This document shows, piece after piece, positions 19,327-30,476 of a stretch of 64,000 nt of DNA. The number at the start of each line of letters is the position of its first letter. Positions within the stretch are counted from its first letter, which is position 1. The notes under the pieces were generated by a model that made no database searches, was not told the origin of the DNA, and saw only the letters and a list, made by a program, of their open reading frames with translations. The position numbers and the translations under genes are program-made. Origin of the DNA: Candidatus Latescibacterota bacterium (GTDB lineage Bacteria > Latescibacterota > UBA2968 > GCA-2709665); contig OZ241917.1 in assembly GCA_965203805.1 (NCBI GenBank), positions 4,288,001-4,352,000 of the forward strand. The letters are read 5' to 3'.

Positions 19327-21582
19327 TTAATTGCTGACGACGTTCATCCGCCCGTAGCATGCGTACGCGGCCTCGATAAAGAGCTGTGTTTCTTCGATGA
19401 ACCGGTGCGCGAGGTCTTCACTGTAGGTGTCGACGTCGCGTCGATGGGCATGAAAGAGATAATTGGCGAACTTGCCACGGGTTACGGGATTGTCGTGCAA
19501 CAGCCCGGTGTCGACGATCCTCGTGCGGAATTCGGACACGATTGTATCGGGGTCTTCCGGTACATCCAGAAACTGCGACTTTACCAGGGCCTTGGCCGCG
19601 TGAACCATGGCGCTGTATGCCTGATTGTATGCGTTTTCGTATTGGCCGTTATCCAGTTGCACCTGGGCCTCGAACGCCTCGCGTTCACAACTGGAGAGCT
19701 CGAATTGCACCAGCGGCACCACCTCGCCCGCGCACTCGCCCTTCCCCATATCTCCGGTTGTGAACACCCGGCTGTCTCCCCAGTCCATATAGAAAGAGGA
19801 GTCGATCTCGTAGGGAGGCACTTCGGTGAGGTCGTCCAGCATCCGCTTCACCTGCACCTTGCCGATTCGCCGGATGTAATCCTGAAAACTCTCGTCCTCC
19901 TCTCGTCCCTCAATGTAGCTCTGGCTGATTCGCGCCACCACGTCGGGAATCCGCTTGGATGGGACCGCGCCCATCGCCAATCCGAACGATGCGGCGTTGC
20001 CGGTCCACTGGCCTCCGAGTACCACCTGAAAATGCGGCACGGTGTAGCCGCTCACTTTACGGCTGATCCCGTAGAATCCCAGGTCCGCAACGTGATGCTG
20101 ACCGCAGGAGTTGAAGCAACCGCTGATCTTGATGCGCAGACCTTCCACGGCGGCGTCCATCTCCACGCCCTTTTCGGCAAGGTGCGTACGCAATTCGGCG
20201 GCAAGTCCGCGGGACGACGCGATGCCCAGCTTGCACGTATCCGTTCCGGGGCAGGCCGTCACGTCCGCGATGGTCCCGGCGCCGGGTTCGTTCAAACCGA
20301 TTTCCGCGAGCGCGTTGTAGAGTTCGGGGAGATCCGCCTCGCTCACCCAGCGCAGTACGATATTCTGCTCCACCGTGGCTCGAATCGTATCGTTCACGAA
20401 CCGTCTTGAAAGTCTGGCGAGTGCCCGCGTCTGGTCGGACGTGAGGTCGCCCAGCGGCAGCGTGACCGTAACCGCCGCGTAGCCGTCCTGGCGCTGCCGG
20501 TAGACGTTGGTTCGGGTCCACTCCTCGAATCCGCCTGCAACGACGGCGCCGTTGAGCGGCTGTGCGATCTTCAGCGGCTTCTCGTCGTAGGCGTGAAGGT
20601 CCGAAAGGTACGCCGTCCATTCCGGGTCGTCGGGCATCACCTTCCGTTCCTCCGTCACCAGGCGCTTGAATTCTTCCAGGCCCAATTTGGCGATCAGGAA
20701 CTTGAGCCGCGCCCGCGCCCGGTTCCGCTTCTCGCCGAGGCGGGCGAACACACGGGAGATCGCCTGGGAGACGGGGAGGAGTTCCTCTTCCGGCAGGAAA
20801 TCCTCGAACAGTTTTGCTTGGTGCGGCACGGCGCCCAATCCGCCGCCAACGTAGAACCTGAACCCGCGTTTCTCTGTGCCGTTGACCGACCTCGTCACCG
20901 CAATGGCGCCGATATCGTGCATATTGGCAAGCCCGCAGGCCTCGTGTTCGCATCCGGAGAACGCGATTTTGAACTTCCGGCCGAAGTCCTGCGCGTCGCT
21001 GTGGCCCAGGAGGAATTTCGAGCAGGCCCGGGCATAGGGCGTCACGTCGAATGTCTCGGTCCGGCACACGCCGGAAAGGGGGCAGGCGGTCACGTTACGG
21101 ACCGTATTGCCGCAGGCTTCGCGGGTTGTGATGCCCACCGAGGCCAGGCGGTACATGAGATCGGGCGTATCGTCGATGTGGACGTAATGCAGCTGGACGT
21201 CCTGGCGCGTGGTAATGTGCAGGATACAATCCGAATACTCCTCGGCAAGCTCGGCCAGCACATCCAGTTGATCCGCGGTCAGGCCCCCGAACGGAATCTT
21301 GATCCGCTGCATCCCCGGCGCGTCCCATACCGTATCCGGCCCCTTGACCAGGTCTCCGCTAGGAAACTCCAGGACCTGCGTATTGCTGCCGTCGAACCGT
21401 TTGCCGTTATCGTAACGCTGACCGTAAACACCGCGGCGCAGGCGGGTTTCGGCGAAAACGGTGTCGTCGATCTTGTCCTGTTTCCGCAGCTGGATCTGCG
21501 TGGCGAATATATCCACTTCCCGGCCCAGTTCGTCGGGTATGCGATCCGCGAGAACTTCCTTCCAGGTTGTCGATTCAGACAT
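19327..21582 (-). CDS. Ferredoxin-dependent nitrite/sulfite reductase (siroheme) with C-terminal extension
   Basis: RLRRGVYGQR, HITTRQDVQ, RKFKIAFSGC, and cluster ligands CPGTDTC and SGCFNSCGQH. AGGAG RBS. Confidence 0.93.
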   Translation of the reverse strand: MSESTTWKEVLADRIPDELGREVDIFATQIQLRKQDKIDDTVFAETRLRRGVYGQRYDNGKRFDGSNTQVLEFPSGDLVKGPDTVWDAPGMQRIKIPFGGLTADQLDVLAELAEEYSDCILHITTRQDVQLHYVHIDDTPDLMYRLASVGITTREACGNTVRNVTACPLSGVCRTETFDVTPYARACSKFLLGHSDAQDFGRKFKIAFSGCEHEACGLANMHDIGAIAVTRSVNGTEKRGFRFYVGGGLGAVPHQAKLFEDFLPEEELLPVSQAISRVFARLGEKRNRARARLKFLIAKLGLEEFKRLVTEERKVMPDDPEWTAYLSDLHAYDEKPLKIAQPLNGAVVAGGFEEWTRTNVYRQRQDGYAAVTVTLPLGDLTSDQTRALARLSRRFVNDTIRATVEQNIVLRWVSEADLPELYNALAEIGLNEPGAGTIADVTACPGTDTCKLGIASSRGLAAELRTHLAEKGVEMDAAVEGLRIKISGCFNSCGQHHVADLGFYGISRKVSGYTVPHFQVVLGGQWTGNAASFGLAMGAVPSKRIPDVVARISQSYIEGREEDESFQDYIRRIGKVQVKRMLDDLTEVPPYEIDSSFYMDWGDSRVFTTGDMGKGECAGEVVPLVQFELSSCEREAFEAQVQLDNGQYENAYNQAYSAMVHAAKALVKSQFLDVPEDPDTIVSEFRTRIVDTGLLHDNPVTRGKFANYLFHAHRRDVDTYSEDLAHRFIEETQLFIEAAYACYGRMNVVSN

Positions 21583-22028
21583 GGCAACGTCTCCTGGTGA
21601 CCGATTCCAAGCGCGACGGCGTTGTTCAGGCGGGTAATCTATCGAACTCATCCTGTGAAGTCAACGAATTTATCCGGAAACGGCAGCCGTTCCGATCGGG
21701 CAAAACGGGTCACCCGCAGATATTCTTGAGTTTTTCGATCAACAATATAATAAATAAACGGACAAATGGGAAACCTGTCAACAAAAAGCGAGAGACCAGA
21801 GTCTCTCGCTACTCAAGTGGATTGGTGGATCGGCGGTTGATCGCTATACTGTGCCCCCTGGGAGCGAGGCCATCCTGCCCTCGAAACGCACTAAAAGCGG
21901 TAAGACGGTAGACGGTAGATGGCATCTTTGCCCGACTGGTTTCTCCTTCATGCCTGCGGCAAGAGATGATACAGAACGGGCGCCCACATCATCTCACCTC
22001 TCCCGTCTCCCGTCTCCCCGCCTGTCGG

Positions 22029-23051
22029 CTAGCCCCCGATCTGGTACATTTCCACCTTGGATAATGACGGCACTTCCGCTGTCTCGGCCGTCCTCAGTTC
22101 GGAATACCGGTCGTCTCGACCCGCCCATATATCCGAGATCGCCGCCAGGAGTTCGTCGTCACTCGCCCCGTCGCGTAGAAGCCCTCTGAGATCCACGCCC
22201 GACCCGGCGAACAAACAGGTATACACCTTTCCGTCGGTTGAAAGCCGCGCGCGCGTGCAGTCGCCGCAAAACGGTTGCGTAACCGAGGCGATGACGCCGA
22301 TCTCCCCGTTTCCGTCCAGATACCGGAATCGTCGCGCGACTTCGCCCGGGTAATTCGGCGCCACTGCGGTGAGCGGCATTTCCTCATGGATGCGCTGTAC
22401 GATCTCTGCAGCGGGAACCACCTGATCCAGTCGCCAGCCGTTGCGGTTGCCCACGTCCATAAATTCTATAAAGCGGACGATATGCCCAGTACCGTAGAAA
22501 TGCCTGGCGAGATCCACGACGGTATGGTCGTTCACCCCGCGCTGGACCACCGCGTTGACCTTCAGAGGTGAAAACCCGGCCGCTTCCGCCTCCCGGATTC
22601 CCTCCAGCACCTCCGAAACGTGATATCCTCTCCCATTCAACCGTTCGAATACGTTTTCGTCCAGGGAATCCAGGCTGACCGTAATTCTGTCCAACCCGGC
22701 GTCCCTGAGTTCTCCGACCATCCTGGGCAGCAGATAGCCGTTTGTCGTAAGCGTGAGATCCTCCACACCGTCAATTGCCGCCAGACGCCGGATCAGCGCT
22801 TCGAGCTCCCTCCGGAGCAGGGGCTCTCCTCCGGTGATCCGGACCTTGCGCACCCCCAGATCCACGAAAAGCCTCGCCAGCCGGTCGATCTCCTCGAACG
22901 TGAGTATTTCCGCCCTGGGCAGGAAACTGTAATTCTCCCCGAAGACTTCCGCCGGCATACAGTACGGACACCGGAAATTGCACCGGTCCGTTACCGAAAT
23001 CCGAAGGTCCCTGAGCGGTCTGCCCAATCTGTCCGTCGCAACGTCCGTCAT
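22029..23051 (-). CDS. moaA: GTP 3',8-cyclase
   Basis: [38 protein letters not shown] and the C-terminal MYQIGG. Confidence 0.96.
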   Translation of the reverse strand: MTDVATDRLGRPLRDLRISVTDRCNFRCPYCMPAEVFGENYSFLPRAEILTFEEIDRLARLFVDLGVRKVRITGGEPLLRRELEALIRRLAAIDGVEDLTLTTNGYLLPRMVGELRDAGLDRITVSLDSLDENVFERLNGRGYHVSEVLEGIREAEAAGFSPLKVNAVVQRGVNDHTVVDLARHFYGTGHIVRFIEFMDVGNRNGWRLDQVVPAAEIVQRIHEEMPLTAVAPNYPGEVARRFRYLDGNGEIGVIASVTQPFCGDCTRARLSTDGKVYTCLFAGSGVDLRGLLRDGASDDELLAAISDIWAGRDDRYSELRTAETAEVPSLSKVEMYQIGG

Positions 23052-23079
23052 AGCGGGAATCTCTTCCGCATTTGCGCGT

Positions 23080-23661
23080 CTAATACGATTCCGCACGCGT
23101 AACGGCTGTCTCAAACTGTCTCTTGTCTACAATCGCGCCGCGAAGTCGCGCCTCGTAAAGGAATGCGCCGTTCAAATTGGCGCCCCGCAGGTCCGTTCCC
23201 CTGAAATCGGTCGCGCCCACCACCGCCGCTTCCAGGTCGGCGTCCTTGAAACTCGTCGGCCGGCCCGAAGGGTTAGGAAACGACGCATGCACCACGCCCA
23301 GCCGGGCCCGCTTCAGACTCGCGCCCGTGAATTTCGCGCCGCCGAGTACCGCGCCGGACAGAAACGCTTCGTCCATCATGGCGCCCGAGAAGTCCGCGCC
23401 GAGCAGGTCGGCCGCGACGAGGTACACCCGGTTCATTCGTGCGCCACTGAGGTCGGCGCCCTTCATGCTCGCGTTGTGAAACCGGGTCTCCAGGAGGGTT
23501 GCGTTTCTGAACAGGGCGTTGTCCAGCTTTGCGCCTGAGAAATCGACGCCGGAGAGATCCTCTCCCGATAAGTCGATCCCCGTGAGATCTTCTCCCGACA
23601 GATCCCCTGTTGTCCTCGCCCTGGCGATCAGCGCGTCCCTGTCGACATACGCGGCGGCCAT
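23080..23661 (-). CDS. Pentapeptide repeat protein
   Basis: A(D/N)LXX-type repeats throughout ([20 protein letters not shown]). Confidence 0.9.
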   Translation of the reverse strand: MAAAYVDRDALIARARTTGDLSGEDLTGIDLSGEDLSGVDFSGAKLDNALFRNATLLETRFHNASMKGADLSGARMNRVYLVAADLLGADFSGAMMDEAFLSGAVLGGAKFTGASLKRARLGVVHASFPNPSGRPTSFKDADLEAAVVGATDFRGTDLRGANLNGAFLYEARLRGAIVDKRQFETAVTRAESY

Positions 23662-23765
23662 CCGGTATCCCTCTTTTCAGGTGGTCAGTGGACAGTGATC
23701 AGTGGCCGGCAAAAATCCGTTAACGTTTCAATCAAGCGATGTCAATTCGTGACTGCCTGGTTCTG

Positions 23766-23797
23766 GCTGACTGCTGAAAACTGATCGCTGATCGCTG
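23766..23797. repeat. Heptamer tandem repeat (GCTGANN)n
   Basis: gctgact gctgaaa actgatc gctgatc gctg. Confidence 0.65.
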
Positions 23798-23876
23798 CTT
23801 CTCGTCGAAATATACCAAACTTCCCTTAGCGGTCAACCGGTATCCCCGCGGCGGGAACCAGGTTTTCGATCGGCGG

Positions 23877-25157
23877 TCAGGCCACCGCAATCGTCTCCCT
23901 GCGATCGGGACCGACGGACACCATGGCAATCGGCGTGCGGCTCAACTCCTGAATTCGGTCAAGGTACCGTCTGGCGTTTTCAGGAAGGTCCTCCCACCGC
24001 CTCGCATCGCTGGTGGGCGACTGCCACCCCGGCATCGATTCGTACACGGGCTCACATTCCGCCAGCATCTTCAGGTCGCTCGGGAAATGCTCGAGGCGCT
24101 TTCCCCTGCACAAATAATGCGTGCAGATCCGGATCTCTTCCAGCGGATCCAGTATGTCCAGCCGGGTCACCGCGATCCCGGAAAGCCCGTTCACCCTTGC
24201 GGCGAATTTCAGAATCACGGCGTCCAGCCAGCCGCACCGCCGCGGCCGGCCGGTGGTCGCCCCGTACTCGTGCCCGATTTCCCGGATCCGGTCTCCCATC
24301 GCGCCGGTGAGTTCGGTGGGGAACGGTCCGTTTCCCACCCTCGTCGTGTACGCCTTGACCACCCCGACGACCTCGGAAATCCGGGTGGGGCCGATTCCGG
24401 CGCCCGTACACGCGCCGCCTGCCGTCGTATTCGAAGACGTTACAAAAGGATAGGTCCCGTGATCGATATCCAGCAACGTGCCCTGGGATCCTTCGAACAG
24501 GACGTCCTTGCCCGCGTCGATCATGTCGTTCAGGTAGACGGACGTATCCGTCACAAACGGCGCGAGGCGCTCGCCGAACGCCAGATAGGCCTCGATGATC
24601 GGCGTCGCATCCAGCCCGTCCTCCCCGTACACGTTCTCAAGTATCTCATTCTTCTCGGTCACGTTCTCCCGCACCCTGGAAGGCAGCGCATCCGCGTCGA
24701 ACAGGTCTCCCACCCGAATTCCGGAGGACCGGTTGACCTTGTCCTGGTAGCACGGCCCGATGCCGCGAAGCGTGGTCCCGATGGCGCCCGCGCCGAACCT
24801 TGCCTCGCTGGCCTGCTCCACGCGTTTGTGATACGGCATGACCAGGTGGGTATTGGGACTCACAAACAGCCGGTTTGAAATGGAAATGCCCTTCGATTCC
24901 AGTTCCTCCACCTCCTGGAACAGCGCCTCGGGATCCATCACGACCCCGTTGCCGATCACACAGGTCTTGTCGGGATGCACGATCCCCGCGGGGATGAGAT
25001 GAAACACGAACTCCAGATCGCCCGCCTTGATGGTATGTCCGGCATTGGCGCCTCCCTGGAACCGCACCACGACGTCCGAGTCCGCCGTCATGTAATCCAC
25101 CACCTTGGCCTTGCCTTCATCGCCCCACTGGGCCCCGAGCACAATGCGCACGGACAT
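23877..25157 (-). CDS. purA: Adenylosuccinate synthetase
   Basis: GAQWGDEGKAK, QGGANAGHT, GTYPFVTSS, EYGATTGRPRRCGW and SVGP. Confidence 0.98.
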   Translation of the reverse strand: MSVRIVLGAQWGDEGKAKVVDYMTADSDVVVRFQGGANAGHTIKAGDLEFVFHLIPAGIVHPDKTCVIGNGVVMDPEALFQEVEELESKGISISNRLFVSPNTHLVMPYHKRVEQASEARFGAGAIGTTLRGIGPCYQDKVNRSSGIRVGDLFDADALPSRVRENVTEKNEILENVYGEDGLDATPIIEAYLAFGERLAPFVTDTSVYLNDMIDAGKDVLFEGSQGTLLDIDHGTYPFVTSSNTTAGGACTGAGIGPTRISEVVGVVKAYTTRVGNGPFPTELTGAMGDRIREIGHEYGATTGRPRRCGWLDAVILKFAARVNGLSGIAVTRLDILDPLEEIRICTHYLCRGKRLEHFPSDLKMLAECEPVYESMPGWQSPTSDARRWEDLPENARRYLDRIQELSRTPIAMVSVGPDRRETIAVA

Positions 25158-25178
25158 GATCTATCTCCTCAGGAAAGA

Positions 25179-25543
25179 CAGCGATCAGCAGTCAGCAATC
25201 AGCAGTCAGCTTAGATCCAACGTCAACTCACACGAAGACACAAAGACACAAAGGAAAAACAGCGATCAGCAGTCAGCGATCAGCTGTCAGCCGTCGGCAA
25301 TCAGCTTGAAACAAAGACGGAAAACCAAACACCGCAACCCGTTCAAACACAACACCGCAATGCCGGGGCCGGGTCGCGCGGCTCTCTCCCCGCTACAGCA
25401 TCACCGCTTTTTGCGTTTCCCTCTGTCGTCTCCCAGCCTCATTGGGTTTCCCACATCCCGACGCAGAAATCTCTGGATCACGTCGCGATGCTATATCGTA
25501 AACCGATTCTTGCTGAATGCTGAGAGCTAATGGCTGATGGCTG
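25179..25543. repeat. Intergenic heptamer/octamer repeat tract
   Basis: (CAGCNRT)n at 25179-25210 and 25260-25305, inverted (GCTGANN)n at 25512-25543, and (CACRAAGA)x3 at 25231-25254. Confidence 0.7.
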
Positions 25544-25569
25544 CTTTTCCCTCTCCCGTCTCACCGCTC

Positions 25570-27156
25570 TTAGAATCTCGCCTGTCTCACCCACAGGAAT
25601 TCCGGCGCTTCCGCGATGCGATTCAACACATCGTCCGGGGCCGGCGAATCCAGGCTGATCATCATAATGGCCTGCCCGCCCCGGCTGTCCCGTCCCAGCG
25701 CCATATCGGCGATGTTGAGTTTCTCCTCGGCCAGGAGCGACCCGATCCAGCCCACCACGCCGGGAACGTCCCGGTTGCAGCAGATCAACACGTCGCCTTC
25801 CAGTTTGGCCTTCACCTCGAACCGGTCGACGCGCACGACACGGGCGTCGCTGCTGCCGAATACGGTGGCCGATATAGAGGTCCTCCCCGCCGACGTTTCG
25901 TAATCCACCGTCATCAGATTGGTGTAGTCCTTGTGGGCGCTGCTCCGCGTCTCGTCGATCTTCACCCCGCGCTTCTGCGCGAAAAGGGGCGCGTTCACGT
26001 ACGTCACGAGTTCATCCGTCAGATTCGTAATGGCCCCCTTCAGGACAGCCGCCGTCATAGGTGATGTCGCGAATTTCAGGATATCTCCGTGGTACTCGAT
26101 CGCGATGCGGCGCAGATTGCCGCGGCTCAACTGCGCCTGCAATGCACCCACCTTCTCCGCCAGAAGCAGATACGGACGCACCTCCTCGAACAGCGACGGG
26201 TCCACCGAAGGCATGTTCACCGCCCGCTGGGCGGGCCTGTCCATCAGGACCTCGAGAACATCCTGCGCGATCTGGCGTGCCACGCGGTCCTGCGCCTCCA
26301 TGGTCGAGGCCCCCAGATGCGGCGTGCAGATCACCTCGCGCCGACGAAGGAGCGGATGGTCCCTGGACGGGGGTTCCTTCTCGTACACGTCGAGCGCGGC
26401 TCCGACCACCCTGCCCGACTCAATCGCGTTCAGAAGCGCCGCCTCGTCGACCAGTCCTCCCCGCGCGCAGTTGAGAATGCGCACGCCGGGTTTGCATGTC
26501 GCCAGCGACGACGCGGAAATCAGATGCCGCGTGGCTTCGTTCAGCGGCGTATGCAGCGTGATATAGTCCGCGGTCTCGTATATTTCCTCAAGAGACGTCA
26601 GCCTTACCCGGAATCTCGCCGCCATCTCTTCGGAAAGTAAGGGATCGTGGCCCAGCACCGTCATCCCCAGAGCCCCGGCCAGGCGGGCGACATGCTGCCC
26701 CACCCGCCCCACGCCTACTATGCCCAGCACCTTTCCGTTCAACTCCACGCCCGTATAGGACTTCCGTTCCCACGCGCCGCGTTTCATCGAAGCGGTCGCC
26801 TGCGGAATGTTGCGGCTCAGAGCGAGCAACATCCCAACGGTATGCTCGGCCGTGGCAATCGTATTTCCGCCGGGGGAATGCACCACCACAACGCCCCGCT
26901 CCGTGGCGGCGCCGATGTCGATGTTGTCCACGCCGACTCCCGCGCGGCCGATGACGCGGAGCCGGTTCGCCCCGGCCAGGACCTCCCGGGTCACATGCGT
27001 CTCGCTGCGGATAATCAACCCGTCAAAGGCGCCGATTTCACGCGCCAGCGCTTCCGGCGAGAGACCCGTCCGGACGTCCACCCGGACATCCGGCGCATCC
27101 CCGAACACGCTTTGCCAGCCGCGAGACAACGTATCTGCGATCAATATCCGCTTCAT
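25570..27156 (-). CDS. serA: D-3-phosphoglycerate dehydrogenase with ASB and ACT domains
   Basis: GRAGVGVDNID, NTIATAEH, GVGRVG, NCARGGLVDE, TPHLGAST and ACT motif NRDVPG. Confidence 0.96.
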   Translation of the reverse strand: MKRILIADTLSRGWQSVFGDAPDVRVDVRTGLSPEALAREIGAFDGLIIRSETHVTREVLAGANRLRVIGRAGVGVDNIDIGAATERGVVVVHSPGGNTIATAEHTVGMLLALSRNIPQATASMKRGAWERKSYTGVELNGKVLGIVGVGRVGQHVARLAGALGMTVLGHDPLLSEEMAARFRVRLTSLEEIYETADYITLHTPLNEATRHLISASSLATCKPGVRILNCARGGLVDEAALLNAIESGRVVGAALDVYEKEPPSRDHPLLRRREVICTPHLGASTMEAQDRVARQIAQDVLEVLMDRPAQRAVNMPSVDPSLFEEVRPYLLLAEKVGALQAQLSRGNLRRIAIEYHGDILKFATSPMTAAVLKGAITNLTDELVTYVNAPLFAQKRGVKIDETRSSAHKDYTNLMTVDYETSAGRTSISATVFGSSDARVVRVDRFEVKAKLEGDVLICCNRDVPGVVGWIGSLLAEEKLNIADMALGRDSRGGQAIMMISLDSPAPDDVLNRIAEAPEFLWVRQARF

Positions 27157-27302
27157 AGTATTAGAGAAAGCATTCAGCAGTCAGCATAGAGCAAAACCGA
27201 AAACCAATCGACACATCGAGAAACCGGATCCGGGCCGCCGGGACGTATCCGTTTTTCGTATACCTTCCAACCGGCTATTGCCAGTTCGCAGGTTTCCGTG
27301 AT

Positions 27303-28454
27303 TTACGGCGTTTCAAGGCGGTTTTCGTTCAGCACGCGCTGCGCGGTCTCCACGCCGGTCCCCGCGTCAAAACCCCATCCGGCCTCCCGGAGTCCGGATT
27401 CGAACGCCGAGACGACCTCCAGGATGTCTGCGTCGGCCACGTGCCCCAGGTTGGATATCCGCACCATGCGGCCCCTGTAATCGCCCAGGCCGCCACCGAC
27501 AATGACGTTGAATTCACGCCGCAACCATTCCATCAGGGCGAGCCCGTCCACCTTTTCGGGCAGGACAATCGCGGTGAGCACGTTCGAAGGCTGTCGCGCG
27601 AAACATGTCAGTCCCAGCGCCTCCGCGGACATCCGTACGGCCCGCGCGTGCCGGGCATGCCGCTCCCAGACCCGCGGGATGCCCGCCTCCCGAAGCATCT
27701 GCAGCGCCACCCGCAAACCGGCAAGGAGCGTAACCGGAAGCGTGGCTGGGCCCCGCCCCTCCTCCAGCGACGTCCTGTATTGTCGCAGATCCCAGTAAAA
27801 CTTCGGCAGCCGGCAGTGCTCGCGCGCTTCCCAGGCCCGCGGGCCCACCGCGGCGAATCCCATCCCCGGAGGCAGCATCAGCCCCTTCTGGGACGCCGTA
27901 ACCGCGAGGTCCACGTTCCACGCTTCGAGGGGCAGCGGGTGAGCCGCTACGCTGGAGACGCCATCGACGACGAAGAGCGCGTCTCTTTCCCTGACCAACG
28001 CGCCGATGGCGGCAATGTCGTGCAAGACGCCGGTGGACGTCTCGCAGTGTGTGGCGAACACGACGCGAATATCGGGATCGTCCCGAAGCGCGTCGCCAAC
28101 AACCTGCGGGTCCACCGCCTCTCCCCAGGGAAACCCCCGTTCGACCACCTCGACGCCGTAAGCGCGGCAGAGGTCTGCCCAACGCCTGCCGAAATGCCCC
28201 GCCTCCAAAACAAGCGCCCGGTCTCCGGCGGAAAGGGTATTGGCTACCGCGGCTTCCATCACGCCGGTGCCCGAACAGGCCAAGACGAACACGTCAGCAG
28301 CCGTCGGGAAGACGTCCTGAAGGCCGTTGACCGCATCCCGAAGCAACGCGGGGAAATCCGGCCCCCGGTGGTAGACCGGTGGCCCGGCCATTGCGGCCTG
28401 AACCCGATCGGGAATGGGCGTCGGGCCCGGTGTAAAAAGCCGTCGCCGCCTCAT
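27303..28454 (-). CDS. Class V PLP aminotransferase (alanine-glyoxylate/serine-pyruvate family; candidate SerC substitute)
   Basis: LFTPGPT, SGTG, HCETSTG, VDGVSS and SQKGLMLPPG (PLP Lys). Directly upstream of serA. Confidence 0.9.
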   Translation of the reverse strand: MRRRRLFTPGPTPIPDRVQAAMAGPPVYHRGPDFPALLRDAVNGLQDVFPTAADVFVLACSGTGVMEAAVANTLSAGDRALVLEAGHFGRRWADLCRAYGVEVVERGFPWGEAVDPQVVGDALRDDPDIRVVFATHCETSTGVLHDIAAIGALVRERDALFVVDGVSSVAAHPLPLEAWNVDLAVTASQKGLMLPPGMGFAAVGPRAWEAREHCRLPKFYWDLRQYRTSLEEGRGPATLPVTLLAGLRVALQMLREAGIPRVWERHARHARAVRMSAEALGLTCFARQPSNVLTAIVLPEKVDGLALMEWLRREFNVIVGGGLGDYRGRMVRISNLGHVADADILEVVSAFESGLREAGWGFDAGTGVETAQRVLNENRLETP

Positions 28455-28499
28455 CTCGATCGCCCATGAGGCAATCCGGTTTCCTGGCCGCGCGCGGAT

Positions 28500-29087
28500 C
28501 TATTGTTCGACAACATCCCGAATCCACTTCCAGACGTCATGGCGGCCATGGCCCGACACCGCCGAAAAAGGAACGAAATCAAACTCGCCCAGCCGCGATA
28601 GCAGGTTCCGAGTCCGGTCCAGCCGGGACTTCCGCCGGCTGCCCGGGAGCTTGTCGGCTTTCGTGGCGACCACCAGAAACGGCCGGTCGAATTGCCTGAG
28701 CCAGAGGGCCATCTCCACGTCGTGCGCCGTCGGATCGTGCCGGGCATCGACGAGATGCAATATGCCACGCAACGAGACGCGTGTCTCGAGGTATGCGTTG
28801 ATCAGGTCGGCCCACTGCCGGCGTTCCTGATGACCCCGCTTTGCGTACCCGTACCCGGGAAGATCCACGAAATGCAATGTCTCGTTGACGCGGTAGTAGT
28901 TGAGCGTGCGCGTCTTGCCCGGGGTTTTGCTGGTGCAGGCCAGTTGTCTGCGGTTCAGCAGCCGGTTCAGCAGAGAGGATTTACCCACGTTCGAGCGGCC
29001 GGCAAATGCAATTTCCGGCAGGCCTTCCATCGGAAGGCGGTCCGGATGGGCGATGCTGGTCACAAAATCGGCGGAACGGATCTGCAT
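28500..29087 (-). CDS. engB: Ribosome biogenesis GTPase YihA/YsxC
   Basis: GRSNVGKSS, TSKTPGKT, DLPGYGYA and TKADK. Downstream of clpX. Confidence 0.96.
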   Translation of the reverse strand: MQIRSADFVTSIAHPDRLPMEGLPEIAFAGRSNVGKSSLLNRLLNRRQLACTSKTPGKTRTLNYYRVNETLHFVDLPGYGYAKRGHQERRQWADLINAYLETRVSLRGILHLVDARHDPTAHDVEMALWLRQFDRPFLVVATKADKLPGSRRKSRLDRTRNLLSRLGEFDFVPFSAVSGHGRHDVWKWIRDVVEQ

Positions 29088-29117
29088 AGCTGGCAACAGT
29101 CTATCGCAAACACATAG

Positions 29118-29142
29118 AAAACCGGGGCAATGGACCCCGGTT
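29118..29142 (-). terminator. Hairpin downstream of clpX
   Basis: AACCGGGG-N7-CCCCGGTT followed by a short T run on the minus strand. Confidence 0.45.
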
Positions 29143-29172
29143 CCGAAGGCGGAGGAAAGGATAAGGGTGAGG

Positions 29173-30414
29173 CTAAGCGCTCTTTTTCTCTTCGATGTGA
29201 AGCCGTGGTTTTGACCTTCCGGCGACCATCTCTTTCGTGACCACGACCCGCGTGTGATCCGGATTGGAGGGGAGGTCGTACATCAGGTCGTTCATGATGT
29301 CCTCCAGAACGGACCGCAATCCGCGGGCGCCCGTTCCCTTCTGGACGGTTCGCCGCACCACCTCCTCCAGGGCCGCGTCTTCGAATTCCAGTTCGGCGCC
29401 ATCCATTTCGAAAAGCTTCTGGTACTGCTTGGTAATCGCATTTTTAGGTTCTGTCAGAATCTTGTACAGCGCCCGTTCGTCGAGGTCGCTGAGGGAACAG
29501 GTGATCGGCAGCCTGCCGACCAGTTCGGGAATCAGCCCGTACTTGATGAGGTCCTCAGGTTCCACCTCGGCAAACAACGCGCCCGCGTTCCGCTTTTCAT
29601 CGGGACCGTCCTTCGCGCCGAACCCGATGGTCTTGTCGCCGATCCGGTTGCCGATGATTTCTTCGAGGCCGTCGAACGCCCCGCCGCAGATGAACAGAAT
29701 ATTGCGCGTATTCACCTGGATCAGCGGCTGCTCGGGGTGTTTCCTTCCTCCCTTCGGCGGTATGCTGGCCACGGTACCCTCGAGAATCTTCAGTAACGCC
29801 TGCTGAACGCCTTCGCCGGATACGTCCCGGGTAATCGAAGGATTGGCTGCCTTCCTCGATATCTTGTCGACTTCGTCCAGGTAGAGAATGCCCATCTCCG
29901 CCTGCGCCACGTCGTAGTCGGCCGCCTGCAGCAGCCGCACAAGGATATTCTCCACGTCTTCGCCCACGTATCCGGCTTCAGTGAGAATCGTTGCGTCCGC
30001 GATGGAGAACGGAACGTCCAGGATGCGCGCGAGCGTTTGGGCCAGCAGGGTCTTCCCGGTGCCGGTGGGCCCGACGAGCAGGATATTGCTCTTTTCGAGT
30101 TCGACGTCGTCCGTGACAACCCGGGACCGGATGCGCTTGTAGTGATTGTAAACGGCTACGGAAAGCGTGCGTTTGGCCGCTTCCTGACCGATCACGTAAT
30201 CGTCGAGGCGGGTCTTGATCGTTGCCGGTTTGGGCAGCTTCTGCCGGGCCGAGACCGGCTTCTGCCTGGCGTCCTCCTGAAGCACTTCGTTGCACAGCTT
30301 GACGCAATCGCTGCAAATGTGCACCGAGGTCCCGGTGATGATCTTGTCGACCTGGTCGTTGCCCTTGTCACAGAAAGAGCAACGGACCTCAGCCCTTGAA
30401 GTTCGCCGTTTCAT
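29173..30414 (-). CDS. clpX: ATP-dependent Clp protease ATP-binding subunit
   Basis: Zn finger [33 protein letters not shown] loop and GARGLR. Confidence 0.98.
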   Translation of the reverse strand: MKRRTSRAEVRCSFCDKGNDQVDKIITGTSVHICSDCVKLCNEVLQEDARQKPVSARQKLPKPATIKTRLDDYVIGQEAAKRTLSVAVYNHYKRIRSRVVTDDVELEKSNILLVGPTGTGKTLLAQTLARILDVPFSIADATILTEAGYVGEDVENILVRLLQAADYDVAQAEMGILYLDEVDKISRKAANPSITRDVSGEGVQQALLKILEGTVASIPPKGGRKHPEQPLIQVNTRNILFICGGAFDGLEEIIGNRIGDKTIGFGAKDGPDEKRNAGALFAEVEPEDLIKYGLIPELVGRLPITCSLSDLDERALYKILTEPKNAITKQYQKLFEMDGAELEFEDAALEEVVRRTVQKGTGARGLRSVLEDIMNDLMYDLPSNPDHTRVVVTKEMVAGRSKPRLHIEEKKSA

Positions 30415-30476
30415 AACTCACCCATGATTTCCAGACCGTGGAAAGATGATGTCTTCGTCCCCGCCACCGCGGAATC

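Noticed and set aside
21726-21742. FNR/CRP-like box upstream of the reductase (TTGAG-N7-ATCAA)
   Set aside because: Spacing does not fit TTGAT-N4-ATCAA.
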